DNA from: Ginkgo biloba
Taxonomy: Eukaryota > Plantae > Ginkgophyta
Assembly: GCA_024626585.2 (NCBI GenBank)
Contig: JANKJI020000001.1
Span: forward strand, 2,745,689-2,762,050
DNA: 16,362 bases
Direction: 5' to 3'
Part shown: positions 1 through 9,155 of the stretch, piece by piece
How positions within the stretch are numbered: the stretch's first letter is position 1
Layout: each line of letters opens with the position of its first letter
Notes under the pieces: model-generated
What the model was told of the DNA's origin: nothing
Databases searched by the model: none
What the model saw: the letters and a program-made list of their open reading frames with translations, nothing else
Translations under genes and position numbers: made by a program

Positions 1-1246
1 GTGGATTCGTTATATGATTGGTAGCGCTGAGTTTATACGCTACATATAGATACTGGTTTCTACTAGACACAATATCTTCCATACAATGAATATTGTGAAG
101 ATAAGATATAAGCTTGAGATTAACCTCGAGATAAAGTGGACAACAATCAAACTCGGCTTGAACAATACATTAGAAACTATGTGCTTACAACATATGATAT
201 GTTGACGCATCATTAGTTGTACTCTCTTAGTGTATGCCGAAGTCTTGGGCCCCAAATTTCTAACCCATAAAGTATCATAGATTTAAGAATGGCATTAAAA
301 CACGGCCTCTTGAACCCAATGTCGTGACAATGGAGTTGGAAACATTATCTCTCTAGAATTGCAAGAGATGCATATCCCTCACACAACCTACAATGTGAGG
401 TTAGTATCATGCTTAAGGAAGGATCTGTAAAATGAAAACCCATATAAGAACACAAGGTAATGATATCTATAATTTGTTCTCTAAAGGTAAAGCAATATCT
501 AGATAAGGCATCTTTCATCATATTGAAAGCTATGAATTAAGTCTCACTAAGGTTAACTTCCAGCTACTTTCTATCACAAAAAGATACATGGGAATCCAAT
601 TGTCTCTCAAGGGCCCTCAATGGTGGAAGATAAAAGGACAATATCGTCTATGAAGAGAAGAATAGAAATTAGGACAGGGTGTAGGAGAAAACCATCCTTT
701 GCATGAGTAGTCGCTCTAAAATATTGTTCAATCTCATCAATTTAACATTCAAAAAGTGTCAACAATGGGGGGCACCCAATTTAACCCAAACAGTACTCTA
801 AATGTCCCTAGAGAATCCATGTGAGATACGGATGTGACCAATCACTATCTCATATATCCCATCACTACCACAACAATGATTTCAGGAATGCCAAGTGTCC
901 AAAGCCTCTAAAAAGGATGTTTGGGGACAATATCAAAGGAGGAGCACTTTTCCCGTCCAGCAGTATTGTCCACAAGGTCTGTCTATGAAACATTAGCAGA
1001 CTTTGGAAGACTGATGTCTAGCCTCCTTAATAATAGCTTTAAGAGTAAAGATATGGGCAAGTACCCAATCATCCTGGTAAAAGACTACCTGACCTTTAGG
1101 TCTAGACCTTGCAGTCTACACCATTCTAGCAAGAATATGTCAATGGCTATAGCATACAATTTTGTCACTATGTGACCTATCATAATGGTCCTATAATTTC
1201 CTAGGTTAGCATCACTAGTTTTCTGAATAGGATGGATGATATGATA
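1..1246 (-). mobile_element. Decayed RTE-clade non-LTR retrotransposon (LINE), reverse transcriptase region, fragment A
   Basis: Minus-strand manual translation across stops and frameshifts gives ordered LINE RT motifs: HIIHPIQK..NYRTIMIGH..KLY, HIFTLKAIIKEARHQSSKVC*CFID, SFDIVP (KAFDxVP), WVKLG/CPPLLTLF (GVKQGCPLSPTLF), LLFIDD at 643-660 (catalytic FADD), GLERQLD..FC..LEVNL, CSYMG (YKYLG), LYGLEIWG at 249-272, then IVQAEF..LISYLH. Runs off the window start. Confidence 0.9.
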
Positions 1247-2660
1247 GTTTCTTGGAACTGTACTGCTGGCAGTTTTGGAGTCTACAAAGCAGAATGGTAA
1301 ATATTCCTTACATTAAGGATCAAGTGCCACTCAAATCCTACTTGTCCTGCGGTTCTCATTTCATTGCTATCTTTGCATGTACCATTTTAATTTTCTAGGA
1401 TTGAACTGTATTGTTCAATCCTAGCCATTGACCACTTATCCAAATTGTGTCATGGCTTGTGGGGTTGTTTGTCTTTACTTCTGAAGATAGGCTCTACCAC
1501 ATTTTCAGTCCATTTTAAGGAAATACTTTATCTATTGTTGGATGGAAGAGGTTTCAGATAAATTACTTAACTGAATCAAATCCAACCTTTAACTGTTCTG
1601 CTTCAAGTCCCTTGATATCTTTTGCTTTCCTCCAGAGAGATATTTGATTCCAGTTTCTATGGCTTTTTTAGTAAAAACTTCATATCTCTTGCTAGTGCAT
1701 ATGGTGTTTTAAAATTTATTTCAAGACGTGTAAAGCTTCATAAAATAGTTGATCTATACTTGCAAAAAGAATTCACTACTTTATCTTTCCGCTTGGCAAT
1801 TTTTTTTCCCCAAAAAAAGTATTTCATGTTTGTATAGTTTCTTTCATTGGCTTTTAACTTTTTCTGTTGGCTTTTGAGTTTTTCTCTCTTAAATGCCATA
1901 CCTTTCTTCTAGAAATCTGTTCACAAAGTTTAATTGCACTTTCTTTTAATACACTTGGAATCTTGAATAAATCTAGACTGGAGATACTTTAGGCACTCCC
2001 TATTGATGTATGACCATAGGCTGGAATTTTACCTATTCCATTGACCACTTTCAATGGAATAGGTACTCCCTATTGATGTATGACCATAGACTAGAGATAC
2101 TTTAGGCACTCCCTATTGCACTTTCCATTGACCACTTTCAGTCGTCTGTGAAAATTAAATCAATTTCCTTTTTCCCTACAGCTAATTTTATTCGCATTCT
2201 AGCATCCTTTGTTTCTGATTGTTCATCATGGATTACATGCTATATTGCTTCTCTATAATTTTCTTTTGAGTGCCTAGTATGTTTATAGCTCATCATTGTC
2301 CCTGCACAGTATATAAGAGGCATCTAGGATACTCATTATTTTCCAGAAGTTCAAGGGCCATAATGTGAGTTCTCTCTAGTGGTTTAAAAATGAAAATTTC
2401 AAAAATGGTTTTGGAGCTTTTATAGTCTCAAACAGGTTCTAATCGAATGAGTAGTCATCTCAAAAGTTGCATAAATACAAGGTAAGTTCATCGTAAACGA
2501 AGGCCTTATTTACATGTTAGAAATTTATTATACAGGGATTTATGTTGGGACAGTTTCGGAGGATTTCTCTTTTTGGATTCAAAGCTTTAGATCTGATAGG
2601 ATGCCAGAACACTTCAATTTTATGATCAACATATCATGGACGAAATGGTAATCATTTGGA
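1247..2660 (-). mobile_element. Decayed RTE-clade LINE, fragment B (different subfamily): endonuclease end, linker and start of RT
   Basis: Minus strand 1247-1690 reads EVFTKKAIETGIKYLSGGK/KDIKGLEAEQLK..NLF..FP/WTENVVEPIFRSKDK..RTAGQVGF..FCFVDSKTASSTVPRN, i.e. RT subdomains 0-3 with an internal deletion. Weaker matches upstream: FFWGKKIAKRK (linker) and SQHKSL at 2533-2550 (APE C-terminal SDHxP-like). The boundary above about 1700 is uncertain. Confidence 0.7.
1933..2140. repeat. Patchwork of short direct repeats plus a perfect 15-bp hairpin
   Basis: 32-bp repeat 1974-2005/2087-2118 (1 mismatch); 25-bp repeat 1995-2019/2065-2089; 18-bp repeat 2036-2053/2123-2140; 11-bp repeat attgcactttc 1933-1943/2115-2125; inverted repeat tacctattccattga 2030-2044 / tcaatggaataggta 2051-2065 with a 6-nt loop. 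Confidence 0.92.
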
Positions 2661-2936
2661 TCTGCCGACAGATGGAATTTTTTATTGCTTTTTGAAAAGA
2701 CAGATTTTTCACAGTAAAGTGGTACGCCATTGTTCTCGATGTTTTCTAGTACTCAACAGATGGAACTATACCTAGCCTCTAATAATAGCATTGAAAATAA
2801 ATTTCTTGATGTTCAATCCAACACAAACTATGAGGCTCAGATTCCATGTATTTCTGCAACATCATCTCGATGTCAGGGTTAGAAAAGAAAGAAAAAGCAA
2901 AAGCAGTAAATAGGAATATAAGATCCTCCAACATAC

Positions 2937-2982
2937 CTGAAGCCTCAAATGCATGGGACCCAGGAGCAACGTTAATATCAAC
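2937..2982 (-). CDS. AE7: Single internal exon of an AE7-like (CIAO2/FAM96/MIP18 family) cytosolic Fe-S assembly gene: VDINVAPGSHAFEAS
   Basis: Minus strand atgtgcag|GTT GAT ATT AAC GTT GCT CCT GGG TCC CAT GCA TTT GAG GCT TCA G|gtatgt: canonical acceptor (phase 0) and donor (phase 1), with T-rich intron-like flanks. The peptide matches the plant AE7 motif (V/I)DIxVxPGSHAxExxxNKQ. No other exons of this copy were found in the same contig (1-3832). Confidence 0.8.
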
Positions 2983-3832
2983 CTGCACATAGATTCGGAC
3001 CATGATCATCCCTAAACAGTTCAGAATTATCTGCAAAAGATGGGCTATGATGTACTTATGGTATTAGATCAAGCAATAGTTCTTACAATTGTTATTTGAA
3101 AAAATATGCTTCTCTACTTCATTTCATATAAATATACAACCTGAGAAGGGGAAACTCAATTGAAAGTTGCTCAACCTTCCTCAATTTTTGAATATGGAAC
3201 AAATTCGTAACACCACTTCTAAATAAACTTTAACCCTTTTGTATGCGCTAAAATGGGCAATTCATCATTAACTATTCAGTGCAAAAAAAACGAAATTGCA
3301 CTTCTCGAAATATGTGCTTTATTGAAAAAAAACTAGATTTTTTGCTTGAAGGGTTGCTTATCTTTGTTACATGGGAAAAAGAAAAAATTCCTTCCAACTC
3401 CCATCTGAACAAGAAAATACATGATTTGGCAATTGACAGGTAACATGAACCCTTTTCTAAGTCAAAGATATCAAATAAGAGATCCATTTGAATGAATCAT
3501 GAACCAATTCCTAAGCTTCACAAAATGCAGCATACCAAATCTGCAAATATACAAAAATACGGCTCCACAAAGATTGCAAGTAAGGAAAAATGGAATACTC
3601 TGCACAGGCCAATTATCTGCTCAGAAGCCATGCTTGAAGAAAATCAGATTTGACATAATTTTCCCTTGTGAAACCAAGAATGCTTCACAGGGAGACCATT
3701 ACAACAAATTGATTCCCATAATAGCTTCCTCTAATGCTTATTTATACCTGAGATCAATTACAATAAGCTCGTCCAACATTTGGACTTCCAAAATATAATT
3801 TCAAATTTCCCTGTCTGAAGGCATTCCCAACT

Positions 3833-3932
3833 NNNNNNNNNNNNNNNNNNNNNNNNNNNNNNNNNNNNNNNNNNNNNNNNNNNNNNNNNNNNNNNNNNNN
3901 NNNNNNNNNNNNNNNNNNNNNNNNNNNNNNNN
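3833..3932. other. Assembly gap (100 N)
   Basis: Exactly 100 N; typical placeholder for a join of unknown size. Confidence 0.99.
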
Positions 3933-4254
3933 AGCATGGATAAACCCTATTTATGTTGAAAGAAAGGACATGAACCCCCACATAGGGTTGCCTCACTCCA
4001 AGGGCTCTCCTGCACCCTAGAAATCCCTTTGTGGCATTGCAATCTTTCTAGCTACTACTTGAAGGGAGGTGTCCTTCGCTGAAATACTCTCTTGGCCCTA
4101 TGCTTACCACCTTTCTCCCTCTTGAGCACCTTTGCATGGGGTTTAACGAACATGTGCAAAATATGTAACCAGGCCCCATCATTAACCTGACGATTGGGCA
4201 TGTCCTTCATGGATGCTTTTAAAGTGTTCTTCATGGTTGTCCTCGACTATTTTC

Positions 4255-4597
4255 TATTAGAATTTGGTAGTAAAGAAATCGATTACTAAGTAGAAATCAC
4301 ATAAAGCACTGAGAACATACAACACATAAATGTCGGGTATTGTGTACCCTATAAACTTAGATGATATATTCACAAAGAATATGATACAATATATAGAGCT
4401 TCTAATGAGCTCATGGCTGCCATATGTACAACATGCGCAGGCTTTTCCATAATTACCATAAACCTAAAACTAAAGTAGAACTAAAGCAAAAGCTAGAGTG
4501 AACAACTAGACAACTTAACTTGTCATATACAAAATAAAGTACAACTAATGTACAACAAATATGACAAGTGACATGTGGCGAACATTATTATCCAACA
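4255..4597 (-). mobile_element. Probable solo LTR (Copia-like, about 340 bp)
   Basis: On the minus strand it begins TGTTGGATAAT and ends ACCAAATTCTAATA (decayed ..TCTAACA), giving imperfect TGTT../..AACA termini, with an internal ctctatatat TATA-like box. No matching TSD (ttttc vs ttaat), so confidence is moderate. Confidence 0.5.
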
Positions 4598-4980
4598 TTA
4601 ATTGCCCTCAATTCATAACTTGAAGTCTCATCACGTATGGTAAACAATTGCTAAAATGTCTTAATGCTGGGACTAAATCCATTCTTAAGTGGCATGTCCT
4701 TGATAATGAAACATCTCTCATAGGTATGTAACTCCCTTCAGCATTACATCTGTGTATAAGTTCTATGAATTCTTGTGCAAGTCTCTGGCAATTGTTGTTG
4801 TTTTGGTGTAATATTAAAGTATAAAGAAAAGATTTCATACATCAATCCCCAAAAGAATTTCAGAAACACTGAGGTTTCTCCCAATAACTTGCCTCCAACT
4901 TGCTTTGATTTTAAAAGTCAGTTTCTATTCCTCCCTTTATAATTAAAGAAAGGCCAAAAATAGTGAGTTTCCAACTACCT

Positions 4981-5297
4981 TGTTGTGTCCTCAAACTAAT
5001 ATGTATGGCTATGGTTAAATTATGTCATGACTATGATTGATTATACTACTTATGCAAGAGATATGTGGTAGGCCCATGCTTGCAAAGGGTTACCATAACA
5101 ACATGTAGGCTAGGATTAAGTCTAATGAAGCCCATTTTAACTATATAAGGAAAACCAAGATTCACTTCTAAAATATAATTTTAATTTGATCTTTATGTTA
5201 TTTTTAGGTTCTTCTACCTTTTAATATTTTAGAATCAACTAAATCCCTTAATAATTTATTGATTTTGTTTGGATTTGCTATAAGTGGTATCAATGCC
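4981..5297 (+). mobile_element. Probable 5' LTR followed by a tRNA-iMet primer binding site
   Basis: tggtatcaatgcc at 5285-5297 matches the plant PBS consensus TGGTATCAGAGCC with 2 mismatches. It lies 2 nt after 'ta' (decayed CA LTR end) at 5281-5282. TATA box ctatataagg at 5141-5150; candidate LTR start TGTTG at 4981. An AT-rich leader follows up to the gap. Confidence 0.55.
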
Positions 5298-5525
5298 AAG
5301 TTCTATGTTCTTGAGGAGGTATGACTAAATTAGGTTATATTTGGTACTAGAGAAGGAATAATTTTATAAAAAAAAATTTATATTTATATAGATCAAATTT
5401 ATAAATTCAATTAAAAAAAAAATGTCTAATTTTGAGTCTAAAATCTCCCAAAAAGTGCATTTAAAGTTGGGGCAAATTTTAGTCATTTTGGAGCTATTTC
5501 ATAGAAATTTTATAAAAAATGATAG

Positions 5526-5625
5526 NNNNNNNNNNNNNNNNNNNNNNNNNNNNNNNNNNNNNNNNNNNNNNNNNNNNNNNNNNNNNNNNNNNNNNNNNNN
5601 NNNNNNNNNNNNNNNNNNNNNNNNN
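5526..5625. other. Assembly gap (100 N)
   Basis: Exactly 100 N. Confidence 0.99.
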
Positions 5626-5738
5626 AACAATATAATTATGTTACTCTTATTAATATAGTCATTATATTCATTATTACTATTAAGCATTATGATCACTTTA
5701 AATGTATTCTTCTACTAAGTATTTGGTTCACAATTAAG

Positions 5739-6710
5739 ATAAGGTTGAAGCTTCTCTTTATATCAAATACAATCTCACATTTTAAATCTCGCTCTGTTTG
5801 GTGTTGATCATGTTGCTGTTTTACACTATTATGGGCTGAAGCTGAGTGTTGCTCAAGGAACTTACCAAGTAAAACTCTCAATTTTATCCATCACCAATCT
5901 GTCAAATGTTTTGGCTCATGTTCATAGAATGCTTTGCAGACATTCAAATGGAAAATGGCTAGTTATTGTACCAATTATACGCTAGGTACACCACTTAGCC
6001 CATTTTTATTGTGTATCATTCACATAACTCTGCAAGGATCCTCTTAAACATTTGTTGATGAGCTCCATCTGTCCATCAGCTCAGGACCAAGTTTTGCAAA
6101 AATTTATGCANNNNNNNNNNNNNNNNNNATTTATGCATAAAATTCAATCTCAATCACTTACAATCTCCTTAGTGCATCCATGCAGTCAATATATTTTTTT
6201 TAATAAATACTTTACCTACCTGATTTACCTTGCATGTGGTCTGCATGGGAACAAAATGTGCATATTTGATGAACCTATCCATAACAGCATGAATGCAGTT
6301 CTAACCTTCAGATTTAAACAACTTAAAACAAAATAGTAGTGCTCACACATTTTTGCTCTGGAACAAGTAAACACTGTAACAGTGATGGGAGAGCTCCGTT
6401 CTCACACTTGAGTTGCTATGTCTCACATTACTGTCTCAAATTTGATCGTCTACCTTATGCCCTTATGATAATGTATTCTCAGATACGTTCCTTAGAACCC
6501 CATATGAGCATTTGTGTGCACTATATAACCTTCCTCCATAACCTTAGTTTCAAATTTGGAATAATGAATTAAGTAAATAAGAACCTTGCCATAAAATACC
6601 ATTCTAGATCCAGATGTGGTTTGACCTCTTGTTGCAGTAGGAGTGACTGCAATGATTTGTTTCACATCTTCCTCATATTGGAAACAAATGAAGCCTAACC
6701 TAAATGCATG
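5739..6710 (-). mobile_element. Decayed Ty3/gypsy (chromovirus-type) integrase fragment
   Basis: Minus strand: AHMGF*GTY (zinc-binding region GHxGxxKTY), LLQCLLVPEQK, SEG*NCIHAVMDRFIKYAHF (MDRFIKYAHF at 6253-6282), LHGCTKEIVSD*D (IVSD at 6153-6164), DGQMELINKCL at 6045-6077, KWAKW, KQQHDQHQTER, LQPY ending at 5739. Many stops, frameshifts and deletions; spans the 18-N gap at 6111-6128. Confidence 0.88.
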
Positions 6711-8144
6711 AATCAAATTTCAATGTTGTGCCACAAATGGCAATTTCTAAGGATTAAAAGTAATTTACTTGCACCTTTTGGTTTTGCCAAGAGTTTTGAA
6801 CATCCTGGGCTAGTATAGGCTTTTCTCCCAAAACATTTGCCGCATTCATTTACCGTGTTTCAGAAGCAATTATTAAAAACAAAATGATAAATATTGAATA
6901 AGTTGCAATAGATCTAAGGATAGGCATTAGGACAAAATGAAATAGTTGTAGAAAATACCAAGGCAATTTAGTTTGTAGGTACATCCATTCATCTTTAACT
7001 ATTAGGGTAGAGAATGTATAAATGGAAGAAGCATGAAGAAATAAGGGTTTCATCGAGCATTGATGATGAGAGAATAAAATTTATCTTTCTTTTTTTCCTC
7101 TTATGTTCTCCTTACTTTCCTTATTTTCATCCTATCTTTATTTGTAACCATTATCTTTATCCTTATATATCATCGATCGAAATGGAAGTGTCTATATTTT
7201 CTTTGCTGACAAGCCTATATCCATGAAGTTATTGATGTTGTACATTCACCTTTGTGTCTTAAATATTTTTAATACCTTTAATTTTATGTACATGCAACTT
7301 TGAAACTTATTCGTGAATGAAAACATTCTTCCATGGTTACATTATTTAGATGTGATATGTTGAATGTTTATTTGCATCTAAAAATTGAGCACTACTAATA
7401 TTTAGTTATAAATATTAATTTTGTTTATTCTATATCTTGTTCCCTATTTTGGACAAGCATGGTGTCGTGAACATGAAATAAATTGTCATTATTGATATTA
7501 TTATAGTTTAGATATATTTTAGGCATTGCTGTCATGTGTATAATCTAGGATATTATGAGACCTATGAGAGTCATTCTTATAATGAGTTTTATTCATATTG
7601 TCTCTATTTTTTTTTATGCAATTTTCCTATATCAATATCTTGTCATTTTGAAGAATTAATTTATATATAAGGTTTACTTGATTCCTTGTGACTAAAGATA
7701 AATTTTCTAGTCTTAAATTTTTGGCACTACCATAGTGCACCTCTTAGGAGGTTTTTTCCTTATCTAACAATATTTTATTTTTCTTTGTATATTTTTATAG
7801 TGCTACCATTGAATTTTATGAGAAGAAAAATATTCATATGCTCTTTTACTAGAGTAATCAAGCAATGTCGATGTTGTAATGGTATACTAGTATATATGAT
7901 TACTCCCTAAAACTAAAGTTACCTAAAGGATTTCACTTTATGCCATTATGAAGTCTCTTAAAAAGGTGTTCAGAATCAAGAGTCCTTGGTGTTTGGTATA
8001 TATTTTTCTTTTTCAATGGATATTTAACTCTTCCTTGTTATTAGTTCCCAAAGTTTGATTACTCAAGCCTATGGGATGTAGTGGTATATTAATCCATATT
8101 AATTTTTATTTTTTTGTTATGTTATCACCTCAAAACTTTCCTTT

Positions 8145-8244
8145 NNNNNNNNNNNNNNNNNNNNNNNNNNNNNNNNNNNNNNNNNNNNNNNNNNNNNNNN
8201 NNNNNNNNNNNNNNNNNNNNNNNNNNNNNNNNNNNNNNNNNNNN
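8145..8244. other. Assembly gap (100 N)
   Basis: Exactly 100 N. Confidence 0.99.
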
Positions 8245-8404
8245 CGGAATACAACGCAACAATTCAAACAAATTAAATTTTTTAATTTTACAAAAAAATT
8301 CAAATAACTTTTGCGGCGACTCCTCTTTCATTTCGCCCGCGTCTCCTCTGCTGCATTTGTTTCGCGGCCTTCATCGCTCGCAGCGATGGCGTCGCATTAC
8401 CTCC

Positions 8405-8784
8405 TCATACAACATTGCAACCTTATTTAAGTACCCAGCCTTTCGAGTATAGAATCCCACTGGGTAGATAATGCTCATTAAATTTATTTCCTTCAATTGA
8501 CAATAACCCCTTCTGACTCCTAAATCTTTGCACTGTGCCATGAGTTACTTCATCCTTGGTTTAGCTTGATAGAAGTGCTAAAACTAATATTGTGAATCTT
8601 CACTCCTTTGGTGGAAGAAAACTACCGGCCTTTTCACAACCCATGGAGTCCACCGGAGCATCTTTAGCAACCCTTATTTGACGAATTCCATCAAGAACCT
8701 CCTTCCAGTTGGCTAGTATCCTCAAAACTGTAGAGGCCATAGCAATTTTATCTCCAACATCTTTAATTTTGGCTTCCTCACAAC
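8405..8784 (-). pseudogene. NTH1: Processed (intronless) endonuclease III homolog / NTH1 DNA glycosylase fragment
   Basis: Minus strand reads [95 protein letters not shown], then after a deletion/frameshift LMSIIYPVGFYTRKAGYLNKVAML. This matches plant NTH1 motifs NWxxVLxGIRxMR..DAPVDxMGCxKAG, LLSSQTKD and IYPVGFYxRKA. Stops at 8600-8602 (CGA->TGA) and 8561-8563 (CAA->TAA). Truncated before the HhH motif and the Fe-S cluster loop. Not in the supplied ORF track. Confidence 0.92.
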
Positions 8785-8946
8785 CTTGTTGACTGAAGCT
8801 TCAAATGTTCAAATGCATGGGACCAAAGAGCAACATTGATGTCAACCTTATAGTGTGGAGGAAAGCAACGCATCAATTTAACTCGTAAACATAAACCAAT
8901 AACTGCTGCCATACTGCAATGTTGCACAGTCGGTCTGAATGTTATC
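8785..8946 (-). pseudogene. AE7: Partly processed AE7-like (CIAO2/FAM96/MIP18 family) pseudogene fragment
   Basis: After the acceptor ttttgcttattgattgcag| it reads [46 protein letters not shown][8-bp tandem duplication 8800-8815]AS|VNK, matching AE7-like [23 protein letters not shown]. Defects: frameshifting duplication, FTPT->FRPT, PG->LW, and truncation after VNK. Confidence 0.92.
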
Positions 8947-9155
8947 CTGCAATCAATAAGCAAAAGATCTCATAATGGTATAGAATATTCATTACCAGTT
9001 AAAATAATGCTATAGTTGTCTTGGAATCGTCATTCTTACAACCTACTAAATATACCTCAGAATCTGGCAGAACTTAATAGAAGAGAATAGTGCATAACCA
9101 AAACACAACCATAAAGAAACAAAAAACTCAATCATCCCCTTTTAATTAATAAGTT

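Noticed and set aside
921-1175. Plus-strand 84-aa ORF, and similar plus-strand ORFs at 6339-6572, 11419-11742 and 15660-15881
   Set aside because: They are antisense shadows of decayed minus-strand retroelement coding sequence and show no independent protein features.
1974-2140. CRISPR-like or terminator interpretation of the repeat cluster
   Set aside because: The repeats are permuted and overlapping with no unique spacers, there are no cas genes, and the context is eukaryotic.
2779-3036. 85-aa minus-strand ORF as a complete small gene
   Set aside because: Only the 46-bp AG/GT-bounded portion resembles AE7; the rest is read-through of intron sequence.
7880-7975. Plus-strand YSLKLKLPKGFHFMPL*SLLKR resembling a gypsy GPY/F tail
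   Set aside because: The match is too short and degenerate, with no flanking integrase motifs.
8405-8963. Functional AE7-NTH1 fusion protein
   Set aside because: The frames do not match, there are two nonsense codons and a frameshift in NTH1, the HhH motif and Fe-S loop are missing, and there is no AE7 N-terminus.
8947-9075. Possible 109-bp intron (donor CTGAG|gtata at 9055) giving KFCQILR|ITF, faintly like AE7-like KLGRILITF
   Set aside because: Sequence further upstream is T-rich with no DPEHP or other AE7 exon homology, so the similarity is too short to support.
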